Below are positions 9,673 to 23,247 of a DNA stretch of 64,000 nucleotides, one piece after another. The DNA is from Alphaproteobacteria bacterium (lineage in GTDB: Bacteria > Pseudomonadota > Alphaproteobacteria > SHVV01). The notes below the pieces were generated by a model. That model was not told where the DNA came from. It saw only the letters and a list, made by a program, of their open reading frames with translations, and searched no databases. The stretch covers positions 3,008,001 through 3,072,000 of the forward strand of contig OZ253470.1 in assembly GCA_965261735.1 (NCBI GenBank), written 5' to 3'. Position 1 is the stretch's first letter; each line of letters begins with the position of its first letter. A program made the position numbers and the translations under genes.

Positions 9673-9721
9673 ATCTTGGTCCCGCTAGGGAGTGCGGGTT
9701 CGAGTCCCGCCGCCCGCACCA
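9673..9721 (+). repeat. att site: 49-bp direct repeat of the tRNA-Leu 3' part
   Basis: Identical to 8398-8446 (atcttggtcccgctagggagtgcgggttcgagtcccgccgcccgcacca). Confidence 0.95.
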
Positions 9722-9746
9722 GTACCGTAGGTCTCGAAGCGCGTTC

Positions 9747-10295
9747 TCAGGCCGCGCTGCGGGTGAAGATGTCGATCAGCAGTAGCGCGCGGATGTCGGG
9801 CCAGCGGTAGCAGACCTCGCCGAGTTCGACGCCGGCGAAGCGAATCTGGCGCTCGCCGTCGGGGTGGCCATCGAGCGTCTCGTAGAAGCCGCGGGCGTCG
9901 TTGTTGGCGAGCACCCAGATCGCCAGGTGCTCGGCGCCGCCGGCGGCGAGATGGCGCGCCGCGGTGGCCACGAGCCGGCGTCCGAGCCCACGCTGCTGCC
10001 ACTCGTCGAGCAGGTAGAGCGTCGTGATCTCGCCGGTCGCGGGCCGGCCGCCGCGCTCGGGCCCGCAGTCGGCGAAGCCGACGACACCCTCGGCCTCGGC
10101 ATCGGCCACGAAGGTGGCGCCGGAGCGGTTGCGCCGCTTGAGGATTTCGCTCCACGACGCGGCGACCCGAATCTCCGACAGCGTGTCGAGGTAGGCATCG
10201 GGGAGGAGCCCCTGATAGCTCGATCGCCAGCTGTCGACGTGCACGCGCGCGATCGGCGCGGCGTCGTTGAGCTCGGCGCGGCGGATCAGGGGCAT
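9747..10295 (-). CDS. GNAT family N-acetyltransferase
   Basis: VVGFA, LYLLDEWQQRGLGRRL acetyl-CoA motif A, NNDARGFYE. Confidence 0.9.
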   Translation of the reverse strand: MPLIRRAELNDAAPIARVHVDSWRSSYQGLLPDAYLDTLSEIRVAASWSEILKRRNRSGATFVADAEAEGVVGFADCGPERGGRPATGEITTLYLLDEWQQRGLGRRLVATAARHLAAGGAEHLAIWVLANNDARGFYETLDGHPDGERQIRFAGVELGEVCYRWPDIRALLLIDIFTRSAA

Positions 10296-10328
10296 GGGGC
10301 GCGGCCGAACGGGCAGGGGGTGGCGGCG

Positions 10329-11090
10329 TCACGCGGCATCGTCTTCGACCGGCTCGGCATCGAGCTCGCGAATCAACCGGCGCAAATCCTCGGACGCCGC
10401 GTCGAGGCGGGGCGCGTCGGTGCCGCGCAGCACGATCCGCGAGCCCAGCCTCTGGGCGCGAAAAAACGGGTAGCTGCCGATCTCCACGTCGCCATAGGCC
10501 TGCTGCAGCCGAGCCAGCGGCGTTGCGATCAGCCCTTCTGGCAGGTAGGCACTGATCGCCCGCGTCAAAATCGGCGGCCCGCCGACGAGGCGATCGCGCA
10601 GGCCCTCGAACATGGCCCGCATGATGGCCGGAACGCCGGCGAGTACGAACACGTTGCCCAATTGAAAGCCCGGCGCATGACTAATCGGATTGTCGATCAG
10701 CGTCGCGCCCTCGGGGACGAAGGCCATGCGCCGGCGCGCATCGTTGAGCTCGCCCGCACCGTAATAGTGCTGCAGGCGCGCCAGTGCCCTTGAGTCGAGC
10801 AGCAAGTCGACGCCGAACGCCTTGGCGACGCTTTGCGCGGTAATGTCGTCGTGGGTGGGGCCGATGCCGCCGGTGGTGAAGACATAGTCGTAGGCGGCGC
10901 GGCAAGCGTTGATGGCCGCGCCGATCGCAACCTCTTCATCGGCCACCACTCGAATCTCGCGCACCGAGATACCGAGCTCACCGAGCCGCGTCGCCAGGAA
11001 CGCGAGGTTCTTGTCCTCGGTACGCCCCGACAAGATCTCGTTGCCGATGATGACGACGCTCGCCGTCTTGGGTCCGCCGGGACCGGTCAT
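10329..11090 (-). CDS. CinA-like molybdopterin-binding domain protein
   Basis: IIGNEILSG, TTGGIGPTHDDIT, LAGVP motifs. Confidence 0.88.
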   Translation of the reverse strand: MTGPGGPKTASVVIIGNEILSGRTEDKNLAFLATRLGELGISVREIRVVADEEVAIGAAINACRAAYDYVFTTGGIGPTHDDITAQSVAKAFGVDLLLDSRALARLQHYYGAGELNDARRRMAFVPEGATLIDNPISHAPGFQLGNVFVLAGVPAIMRAMFEGLRDRLVGGPPILTRAISAYLPEGLIATPLARLQQAYGDVEIGSYPFFRAQRLGSRIVLRGTDAPRLDAASEDLRRLIRELDAEPVEDDAA

Positions 11091-11209
11091 GGAATCACTC
11101 GAACACCTTCGCCTAGCCACGAGTTATAGCACTCCGGTGCGCGCCGGCCCACGGCTGGGGAGGCGGTGCACCTTGCGGTGCCCGGCGCGCGCGGCTACAT
11201 GGTAGCGCG

Positions 11210-11911
11210 ATGCGCTTTCACGCTCCCCTCCTCCGTGGCACGCTCCTGCGGCGCTACAAGCGCTTTCTCTGCGACGTGGCTCTCGAGGCTGGCGAGGCGG
11301 TTACCGCGCACTGCGCCAATCCGGGAGCCATGTTCGGGCTCACCGAGCCGGGCGCCGAGGTGTGGCTCTCGCCCGCCCTCAACCCCAAGCGGAAGCTGCG
11401 ATACACGTGGGAGCTGGTGCGCATCGGCGCCCATCTCGTCGGAGTCAACACCTGGCACCCCAACGCGATCGTGGCCGAAGCCATCGGCGGCGGCCGCATC
11501 GCATCGCTTGCAGGCTACGCCGGGCTGCGGCGCGAGGTCAGGTATGGTGCCAATTCGCGGGTCGATGTCCTGCTCGAGGAGCGCGGCCGCCCGCCCTGCT
11601 ACGTCGAGGTGAAAAACGCCCATCTCGTGCGCGAGCCAGGCCTCGCCGAGTTCCCGGACGCGGTGACGGCGCGCGGCGCCAAGCACATGCGCGAGCTCGC
11701 GGCGCTCGCCGGGCAGGGGCAGCGGGCGATCGTGTTCTATGTCGTGCAGCGCGAGGACTGCCAGCGATTCGCGATCGCCGACGACATCGACCCGGCCTAC
11801 GGGGCCGCCTTTGGCGCCGCGCTCGCCTCCGGAGTCGAAACCATGGTCCATGCCTGTAAGCTGTCGCCCGACGCCATAGTGCTGGACCAGCCCTTGGCGC
11901 TTGCGCTATAG
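11210..11911 (+). CDS. sfsA: DNA/RNA nuclease SfsA
   Basis: RYKRFL, HCANPG, SRVD, YVEVK, FPDAVTARGAKH. Confidence 0.93.
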   Translation: MRFHAPLLRGTLLRRYKRFLCDVALEAGEAVTAHCANPGAMFGLTEPGAEVWLSPALNPKRKLRYTWELVRIGAHLVGVNTWHPNAIVAEAIGGGRIASLAGYAGLRREVRYGANSRVDVLLEERGRPPCYVEVKNAHLVREPGLAEFPDAVTARGAKHMRELAALAGQGQRAIVFYVVQREDCQRFAIADDIDPAYGAAFGAALASGVETMVHACKLSPDAIVLDQPLALAL

Positions 11912-11926
11912 GCGTTGGGAGGTTCC

Positions 11927-12745
11927 ATGGTTTATCTCGACGCGGGAGAGGCGCCGCCTCGCAACACAGGCGCGGTGAAGATCCACCGGCCGGCGGATTT
12001 CGACGGCATGCGCCAGGCGGGTGCGCTCGCCGCCGAGGTGCTGGATTTCATCGTTCCGCACGTCGAGCCCGGCGTCACCACGGGAACGCTCGACGCGCTG
12101 TGCCACGACTTCATCGTCGAGCGCGGCGCGGTGCCGGCGCCGCTGAACTACCGCGGATTCCCCAAGTCGATCTGCACCTCCGTCAATCACGTCGTGTGCC
12201 ACGGCATACCCGGCGACAAGGTGTTGGGCAGCGGCGATATCCTCAACATCGACGTAACCGTGATCGTCGACGGCTGGCACGGCGATACCAACCGCATGTT
12301 CTTCCTCGGCCCGGTCGGGCTGAAGGCGCAGCGCCTGTGCGACGTGACCTACGGTGCGATGATGGAAGGTATCAGCGCGGTGCGGCCGGGGCGCACCCTG
12401 GGCGACGTCGGGTACGCGATCCAGAGCTATGCCGAGGGCCACCGGTGCTCGGTGGTGCGCGACTTCTGCGGCCACGGCCTCGGGCGCATCTTCCACGACG
12501 CGCCCAACGTGCTCCACTACGGTGAAGCGGGCAGCGGCCTCGAACTGCGAGAGGGGATGTTCTTCACCATCGAGCCGATGATCAACCTCGGTGGCTGGCA
12601 GGTCAAGATCCTGAGCGACGGCTGGACCGCGGTCACTAAGGACCGCTCGCTGTCAGCCCAGTTCGAGCACAGCATCGGCGTCACCGCGCAGGGCTGTGAG
12701 GTGTTCACGACCTCGCCGGGTGGGCTCGACCGGCCGCCCTACTGA
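11927..12745 (+). CDS. map: Type I methionyl aminopeptidase
   Basis: CTSVNHVVCHGIP, NIDVT..DGWHGD, GHG, FTIEPM, AQFEH. Confidence 0.96.
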   Translation: MVYLDAGEAPPRNTGAVKIHRPADFDGMRQAGALAAEVLDFIVPHVEPGVTTGTLDALCHDFIVERGAVPAPLNYRGFPKSICTSVNHVVCHGIPGDKVLGSGDILNIDVTVIVDGWHGDTNRMFFLGPVGLKAQRLCDVTYGAMMEGISAVRPGRTLGDVGYAIQSYAEGHRCSVVRDFCGHGLGRIFHDAPNVLHYGEAGSGLELREGMFFTIEPMINLGGWQVKILSDGWTAVTKDRSLSAQFEHSIGVTAQGCEVFTTSPGGLDRPPY

Positions 12746-12752
12746 GGGCGCC

Positions 12753-13433
12753 ATGAACGATCGTCCGCACTTCCACGGCCATCGACAGCGCCTGCGCGAG
12801 CGCTTCATGCGGGCCGGCGGCGAGTCGCTGCACGACTACGAAATGCTCGAGCTGTTGCTCTTCCAGGCCAGTGCCCGCGGCGACATGAAACCGCTCGCCA
12901 AGGCGCTGCTCAAACGGTTCGGCAGCTTTGCCGCCACCATCAGCGCCGCGCCCGAGCGCCTGCGCGAGGTTGACGGCGTCGGCGAGGCTACCGTCGCGGC
13001 GCTCAAGGTGGTCCAGGCGGCGGCCCTGCGCCTGAGCCGCGATCAGATCCTCGACAGACCGGTGCTGAGCTCGTCGCAGGCACTGCTCGACTACTGCAAC
13101 GCCAGCATGGGGTTTGGCACTACCGAGCAGTTCCGACTGTTGTTCCTCGATCGCAAGAACGTCCTCATCGCGGACGAGGTCCAGCAAACCGGCACCGTCG
13201 ACCACACCCCCGTCTACCCACGCGAGGTCATCAAGCGCGCGATGAACCTTGGCGCCTCCGCGGTGATCATGGTCCACAACCACCCGAGCGGCGACCCCAC
13301 GCCGTCCGGCTCCGATATCGAGATGACCAAGGAGGTGGCGGAGGCCGGCCGGCGCCTCGGCGTCACGCTGCACGATCACGTTATTGTCGGCCGCGGCACG
13401 CACGTGAGCTTCAAGTCGCTCGGCCTGCTGTGA
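12753..13433 (+). CDS. radC: RadC / UPF0758 JAB-domain protein
   Basis: GHRQRLRERF, GTVD..VYPREV, HNHPSGDPTPS, HDH. Confidence 0.93.
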   Translation: MNDRPHFHGHRQRLRERFMRAGGESLHDYEMLELLLFQASARGDMKPLAKALLKRFGSFAATISAAPERLREVDGVGEATVAALKVVQAAALRLSRDQILDRPVLSSSQALLDYCNASMGFGTTEQFRLLFLDRKNVLIADEVQQTGTVDHTPVYPREVIKRAMNLGASAVIMVHNHPSGDPTPSGSDIEMTKEVAEAGRRLGVTLHDHVIVGRGTHVSFKSLGLL

Positions 13434-13876
13434 CGCCGGCGTCGGCTGACGATCGGCGCTACCCAGAGCGCCCGTTCGCCGGGGTCGGCGCCGTGGTGTG
13501 GCGCGGCGACCAGGTCCTTCTCGTGCAGCGCGCGCGGCCGCCACGCCAGCACCGATGGAGCATCCCCGGTGGCGCCCAGCACGCTGGTGAGACCGTGTTC
13601 GATGCCGCCCGGCGCGAGGTGCACGAGGAAACCGGGATCGAGGTCGAAATCATCGATGTCGTGGCGGTCGTTGATTCAATCGACCGCGATGAGCAGGGCC
13701 GGGTGCGGTACCACTACACGCTCATCGACGTCCTCGCCGAATGGCGGGACGGCGAGGCGGTGGCACAGGACGACGCCGCAGCCGTCGCCTGGGCCGAGCT
13801 CGCCGAGCTGCAACGCTATGACCTGTGGTCGGAAACCGAGCGGGTGATCCGCCTCGCGGCGGCGCGGCGGCGCTGA
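13430..13876 (+). CDS. NUDIX hydrolase
   Basis: Nudix box GGAQHAGETVFDAARREVHEETGI. Confidence 0.9.
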   Translation: MTPASADDRRYPERPFAGVGAVVWRGDQVLLVQRARPPRQHRWSIPGGAQHAGETVFDAARREVHEETGIEVEIIDVVAVVDSIDRDEQGRVRYHYTLIDVLAEWRDGEAVAQDDAAAVAWAELAELQRYDLWSETERVIRLAAARRR

Positions 13877-14565
13877 GCCGGCGCCCGCGGCAACCCCGGC
13901 GCTGGCCCCGGACCCCGGCGGCCGCGCGCGAGCTGCAACGCACGCTCGCCTCCGAGGTCATCGCGACCGACCGGTTTGGTCCCGTGCGTCACGTCGCCGG
14001 CGTCGACATCGCTTTCCGCGACGGCGGCAAGCGCACCTGCGCGGCGGTTGCGGTGCTGTCGTTTCCTGGCCTCGAACTCGCTGAGTGGCGCCTCGCCTAC
14101 CGCCCGACGTCGTTTCCCTATGTGCCGGGCCTGCTGTCGTTTCGCGAGACCCCGGCCGCGCTGGCGGCGCTTGACAAGCTCAGGATCGCGCCCGATCTGC
14201 TCCTCATCGACGGTCACGGTTTCGCCCACCCGCGCCGCTTCGGCATTGCCTGCCACCTCGGGCTCCTCGCGGGCGTGCCCAGCATCGGCGTCGCGAAATC
14301 GCGACTCATCGGCAGCCACAGCGAGCCGGACACGGCGCGCGGGGCCCGCACCGAGCTGAGCGATCATGGCGAACTCATCGGCACGGTGGTGCGCACGCGT
14401 GCCAGCACCCGCCCGGTCTTCGTTTCGGTCGGCCATCGCGTCGGCCTCGAAAGCGCGGTGCGGCTCGTCCTCGCCTGCACGACCCGCTACCGCCTGCCGG
14501 AGCCGACACGGGTGGCCGATCACCTCTCCAAGGGCCGCATCCCGCAAGCGCGGACGTCGCGTTGA
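13873..14565 (+). CDS. nfi: Endonuclease V (deoxyinosine 3' endonuclease); start uncertain
   Basis: AGVD, FPYVPGLLSFRE, DGHGFAHPRRFGIACHLG, GVAKS, RLPEPTRVAD. Confidence 0.92.
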   Translation: MSRRPRQPRRWPRTPAAARELQRTLASEVIATDRFGPVRHVAGVDIAFRDGGKRTCAAVAVLSFPGLELAEWRLAYRPTSFPYVPGLLSFRETPAALAALDKLRIAPDLLLIDGHGFAHPRRFGIACHLGLLAGVPSIGVAKSRLIGSHSEPDTARGARTELSDHGELIGTVVRTRASTRPVFVSVGHRVGLESAVRLVLACTTRYRLPEPTRVADHLSKGRIPQARTSR

Positions 14566-14648
14566 GGGCCGGCGGGGCACTCCCGTTCATTGTCCGCGTC
14601 TTAAGGAAGGACGGCAGCCTCATCTTAACGCATCCCAAGGAGCCAGCC

Positions 14649-15061
14649 ATGACCCGCCAACAGATTGCGCTCGTTCGCGAGACCTTCGCCAAGGTGCTTC
14701 CCATCCAAGAGGCGGCGGCGGAGATGTTTTACGCCCGCCTATTCGAACTCGATCCCAACGTCAAGCTGCTCTTCAAGAGCGACCTGAAAGAACGGGGCCG
14801 CAAGCTGATGGCGATGATCGCCACCGCCGTCGCCGGCCTCGACCGGCTCGACGAGATCGTGCCGGCCGTGCAGGCCTTGGGCGCCCGCCACGTCGGCTAC
14901 GTGTCACCGACCGCGACTACGACACGGTGGCGGCGGCCCCGCTGTGGACGCTCGAGAGAGGCCTGGGCGAGGCTTTCACGCCCGAGGTCAAGGCCGCGTG
15001 GACGGCCTGCTACGGCCTGGTGGCGGCAACGATGAAGGGCGCGCAGGCGCAGGCCGCCTAG
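14649..15061 (+). pseudogene. Single-domain bacterial globin, -1 frameshift near 14900
   Basis: FYARLFELDP..LF..LGARHVGY continues in another frame as VTDRDYDTV..AFTPEVKAAW..Y. Confidence 0.85.
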
Positions 15062-15189
15062 GGCCGCACCGCGGTCACAAAGGGGGGGTGCCGCGGGCGC
15101 GCGGGGGGCCCGTCGCCCAACCGCCGCTGAGCGGTTCTCGCTGCGCGCCCGTCTGGTATAAGAGGGGGCATCGCGCACGGGGGAGCCGC

Positions 15190-16485
<1,296 letters not shown>

Positions 16486-16506
16486 GGCGGCCGAGGCGCG
16501 ACCCGC

Positions 16507-16849
16507 CTAGGACGGTTTGCCGGCGCCCGCCTCGCCGTCGATCTGCTCGCGCGCGACCTCGGCGAGCCGGGCCATCTCGCGGCGCAGCTGGCGCTCGGAG
16601 AGGGCAACGCCCTTAGCCGCAAGATCGCCGGCCACCTTTCGGTAGACGTCCTCTTCGCCGGGCTCATCGAAGTCGATTTCGATGACCTCGCGCGCGTAAG
16701 CCTGCGCTGTCTCGCCACTCATTCCCATCTTCTCCGCCACCCACAGTCCGAGCAGCTTGTTGCGCCGCGCGGTGATCTTGAAAGTCGCCTCCTGGTCGCG
16801 GGCGTACCTCGCCTCTTCGCCTTTTTCGCGGTCCTCGAACGGTGGGCAT
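16507..16849 (-). pseudogene. DUF1476 / F1Fo-ATPase inhibitor zeta subunit, +1 frameshift after codon 3 (possible sequencing error)
   Basis: ATG CCC ACC G TTC GAG..; the shifted frame gives FEDREKGEEARYARDQE..ARRNKLLGLW, typical of zeta. Confidence 0.8.
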
Positions 16850-17080
16850 GGGTTTAGCGCTCCCGGCCTTTGATGGCAGTTGTCGGCCTCAGGGATAGCC
16901 CCTCAGGCGCGCCAAATCAACATTACATATGGCGTCGCGGAGGCCGATCTAGCACCGCATGTTGCGCCCGGTCGCCCGCTGCCGATTGTGTTGCCAAAGG
17001 AATTCGTCTAAGGTGTCCGTACCCCGCAAGGCGGCCGCGTCGACCGCCCCTATCGACGCTCCATTTGTAGAAAAACCGCC

Positions 17081-17845
17081 ATGCCGCGTCGCAGACAAGT
17101 CTACGAAGGCAAGGGCAAGGTGCTATTCGAGGGCCCCGAGCCCGGCACGTTGGTCCAGCACTTCAAGGACGACGCGACCGCGTTCAACAACCAAAAGCGC
17201 GGTACCATCACGGGTAAGGGCGTCCTCAACAATCGCATCTCCGAACATCTGATGATGCGGCTCAACGAAATCGGCGTGCCGACCCATTTCGTCCGCCGCC
17301 TCAATATGCGCGAGCAGTTGGTGCGCGAGGTCGAGATCATTCCCGTCGAGATCGTGATCCGCAACGTCGCCGCCGGTTCGCTGTCGGCCCGCCTGGGCAT
17401 CGCCGAGGGCACGGCGCTGCCGCGCTCGATTATCGAGTACTATTACAAGTCGGACGATCTCGGCGATCCCATGATCGGAGAGGAGCACATCACCGCCTTC
17501 AATTGGGCGAGCCCGCAGGAACTCGACGAGATCGTCCAACTGTCGCTCAGGATCAACGACTTCCTGTCCGGCCTGTTCTACGGCATCGGCATCCGCCTCG
17601 TCGACTTCAAGCTCGAATTCGGCCGCCTTTACGAGGACGACCAAGTGCGTATCGCGCTCGCCGACGAGATCAGCCCCGATAGCTGCCGCTTGTGGGACCT
17701 CCAAACCAACGAGAAGCTCGATAAGGACCGCTTTCGCCGCGACATGGATCGCATTCCCGAAGCCTACCAGGAGGTCGCGCGCCGCCTCGGCATCATGCCC
17801 GAAGGTGGTCCCGGCGACGTCAGGGGGCCTAAGCTGGTGCAGTGA
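17081..17845 (+). CDS. purC: SAICAR synthase
   Basis: [37 protein letters not shown]. Confidence 0.96.
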   Translation: MPRRRQVYEGKGKVLFEGPEPGTLVQHFKDDATAFNNQKRGTITGKGVLNNRISEHLMMRLNEIGVPTHFVRRLNMREQLVREVEIIPVEIVIRNVAAGSLSARLGIAEGTALPRSIIEYYYKSDDLGDPMIGEEHITAFNWASPQELDEIVQLSLRINDFLSGLFYGIGIRLVDFKLEFGRLYEDDQVRIALADEISPDSCRLWDLQTNEKLDKDRFRRDMDRIPEAYQEVARRLGIMPEGGPGDVRGPKLVQ

Positions 17846-17873
17846 CCGGCCCGGAGGGAGCCCCGCGCCCACA

Positions 17874-18116
17874 GTGCTCAAGGCCCGCGTCCACATCACC
17901 CTGAAACCCGGTGTTCTCGACCCCCAGGGCAACGCCATAGGCAATGCCCTAAAATCGCTCGGATTCGAGGGCGTGGGTGAAGTACGCCAGGGCAAAGTGA
18001 TCGAGATCGAGATCGCCGACGGCGATCGCGAGGCGGCGCATCGCACGGTTGACGCGATGTGTACCCGGCTGCTCGCCAACACGGTGATCGAGACCTACGC
18101 CATCGAGTTCGAGTGA
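17874..18116 (+). CDS. purS: FGAM synthase subunit PurS
   Basis: LKPGVLDPQG, VRQGK, LLANTVIE. Confidence 0.94.
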   Translation: MLKARVHITLKPGVLDPQGNAIGNALKSLGFEGVGEVRQGKVIEIEIADGDREAAHRTVDAMCTRLLANTVIETYAIEFE

Positions 18117-18159
18117 GGATGGGCACGGTTAGCGCTGACCCTGTCGGACTGACCCCGCC

Positions 18160-21044
<2,885 letters not shown>

Positions 21045-21062
21045 GAGGCAGGGGCCGCACGC

Positions 21063-21305
21063 ATGCCCATGGATTCAGGCCAGATCGAGCAGCTGATCAA
21101 GGCGGCCATTCCGGACGCCGAGGTCAAGATCGAAGATCTGCGCGGCGACGGCGATCACTATTCGGCTCTGGTGGTTTCACCCGCTTTCGCCGGAAAAACG
21201 CGGGTGCAGCAGCACCAAATGGTGTATCAAGCACTTGGCAACAGGATGGGTGAGGCGCTCCACGCGCTTGCCCTACAGACCGCTGTTCCTGGCCAGTCGG
21301 CATAG
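21063..21305 (+). CDS. bolA: BolA/IbaG family protein
   Basis: [24 protein letters not shown]. Confidence 0.9.
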   Translation: MPMDSGQIEQLIKAAIPDAEVKIEDLRGDGDHYSALVVSPAFAGKTRVQQHQMVYQALGNRMGEALHALALQTAVPGQSA

Positions 21306-21323
21306 GAAAGCGAGGGAAACTCC

Positions 21324-21668
21324 ATGACCGAGCATCCGGCAGTCGAGCGCATTCAGCAGGACCTGGCGGAAAGCACCGTCGTCCTCTTCATGAAGGGCAA
21401 CCCGGTGTTCCCGCAGTGCGGGTTCTCGGCGACCGTGGTCGAAATCCTGTCGCGGCTCGGGGTGAAGTTCAAGGGCATCGACGTCCTGATGGACCCGAGC
21501 CTACGCGAAGGCATCAAGGCGTACAGCCAGTGGCCGACTATCCCGCAGCTCTACGTCAAGGGCGAGTTCGTGGGCGGCTGCGACATCATCCGCGAGATGT
21601 ACCAGACCGGCGAGCTCCAGTCCTACCTCACCGAGAAGGGCGTCGAAGCCACAGCCCCCGCCGCCTGA
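21324..21668 (+). CDS. grxD: Monothiol glutaredoxin Grx4
   Basis: CGFS active site, WPTIPQLY, GGCD. Confidence 0.95.
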   Translation: MTEHPAVERIQQDLAESTVVLFMKGNPVFPQCGFSATVVEILSRLGVKFKGIDVLMDPSLREGIKAYSQWPTIPQLYVKGEFVGGCDIIREMYQTGELQSYLTEKGVEATAPAA

Positions 21669-21770
21669 CCGGCGGTCGCTACGTATCGCAGAGCTGCGCG
21701 CTCTGCGGCCAGCAACCAAATATAAATATGCATCTATAGCGGGAGCGCGGCCCGGGCGGGCCAATGCGGT

Positions 21771-22385
21771 TTAGCGCGAGTAGTACTCGATGACGAGGTG
21801 CGGCTCCATCTGCACCGGGTAGGGTACATCGGCGAACTCCGGCGTCCGCACGAAGGTGCCGCGCACGCGCTTGTGATCGACCTCGAGGTAGTCGGGTACG
21901 TCGCGCTCGGCCAGGTCCAGGGCCTCGAGGACCACGGCCAGTGACTTGGATTTCTCCTTGACCTCGACGACGTCGCCTTCCTTGACCCGATAGCTCGGGA
22001 TATTGACGCGTCGGCCGTTGACGAACACGTGCCCGTGGTTCACGAACTGGCGCGAGGCGAACACGGTAGGCACGAACTTCATGCGATAGACCACCGCATC
22101 GAGCCGTCGCTCCAGGAGCGCGATCAGGTTCTGACTGTTGTCGCCGCGCCGGCGCACGGCCTCGGCGTAGATGTTGCGGAACTGCTTTTCGGTGATGTTG
22201 CCGTAGTAGCCCTTGAGCTTCTGCTTGGCCGCCAGCTGAATGCCGAAGTCGCTCGGCTTGCGGCGGCGCTCGCCGTGCTGGCCGGGGCGGTAGTCGCGCC
22301 GGTTCACCGGGCTCTTGGGTCGGCCCCACAGGTTTTCGCCGAGCCGACGGTTGAGCTTGTATTTGGATTCGAGGCGCTTCGTCAT
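21771..22385 (-). CDS. rpsD: 30S ribosomal protein S4
   Basis: [36 protein letters not shown]. Confidence 0.96.
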   Translation of the reverse strand: MTKRLESKYKLNRRLGENLWGRPKSPVNRRDYRPGQHGERRRKPSDFGIQLAAKQKLKGYYGNITEKQFRNIYAEAVRRRGDNSQNLIALLERRLDAVVYRMKFVPTVFASRQFVNHGHVFVNGRRVNIPSYRVKEGDVVEVKEKSKSLAVVLEALDLAERDVPDYLEVDHKRVRGTFVRTPEFADVPYPVQMEPHLVIEYYSR

Positions 22386-22472
22386 GCAGTCATTATCCGT
22401 TCGTGGACGTGGCAGCGGGATATACGCTGGCGCCGCCGTTGTCAAATGCCATCGCCCGCGCGCACTGGGTGC

Positions 22473-23246
22473 TCAGGGCGGCTCGGCCGGTTCGCGCCGG
22501 CGCACGAGCGCGGCGACGATGCCGTGCAGGCTCCTGACCTCCTGTTCTGTAAGCCCCGCGCGCTGGAACATGTTGCGAATGTTGCGCACCATGCTGGGGC
22601 GCTTTTCCACGGGCAACAGGAAGCCGTGCGCGTCGAGTTCGCGCTCGAGATGCTGGAAATAGCCGAGCAGCTCCTCCTTGGTAGCCGGACGCGAGCGCCG
22701 CGTGCCGACGCCGCCCGCGTCACCCTCGGCGCCGGCCTGGAACCACTCGTAGCCGATCAGCAGCACCGCCTGCGCCAGGTTGAGCGAGGCGTGGGCCGGG
22801 TTCGTCGGAACCGAAAGCACGCAATCGGCGAGGGTTAGATCGTCGTTGTGCAGGCCTGTGCGCTCGGGCCCGAAAAGGACGCCGGCGCCCTCGCCGGCAG
22901 TCGCCGCGCGGCGCAACTCGGCGGCCGCCTGGCCGGGCGTCGTCACGCGCTTCGCCATGTCGCGCCGGCGCGCCGTCGCCGCGTAAACGTGACGCAGGTC
23001 CGCGACCGCCGCCTCGGTGGAGGCATAAAGCCGGGCGCGCGCGAGCACCTCGTCCGCTCCCGATGCGGCGGCCACCGCCTTTGGGCTCGGCCAGCCATCG
23101 CGCGGACGTACGAGGCGCAGGTCGGTAAGTCCAAAATTGAACATCGCGCGGGCTGCGGTGCCGATATTCTCGCCGAGCTGGGGATCGACGAGGACGATCG
23201 CCGGCCCGCCCCCGACACTCGGCCGCGTCCTGTCCGTGCCCGCCAT
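22473..23246 (-). CDS. trmJ: TrmJ/SpoU-type tRNA methyltransferase
   Basis: PQLGENIG..ARAM, FGPERTGL, SLNLAQAV. Confidence 0.85.
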   Translation of the reverse strand: MAGTDRTRPSVGGGPAIVLVDPQLGENIGTAARAMFNFGLTDLRLVRPRDGWPSPKAVAAASGADEVLARARLYASTEAAVADLRHVYAATARRRDMAKRVTTPGQAAAELRRAATAGEGAGVLFGPERTGLHNDDLTLADCVLSVPTNPAHASLNLAQAVLLIGYEWFQAGAEGDAGGVGTRRSRPATKEELLGYFQHLERELDAHGFLLPVEKRPSMVRNIRNMFQRAGLTEQEVRSLHGIVAALVRRREPAEPP

Positions 23247-23247
23247 C

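Noticed and set aside
9673-9721. Second tRNA-Leu gene
   Set aside because: Only the 3' 49 nt are present, with no D-arm or anticodon; it is an att duplication
12753-13433. radC as a marker of a mobile or anti-defence element
   Set aside because: Full-length chromosomal type in the usual map-radC context with host-like composition
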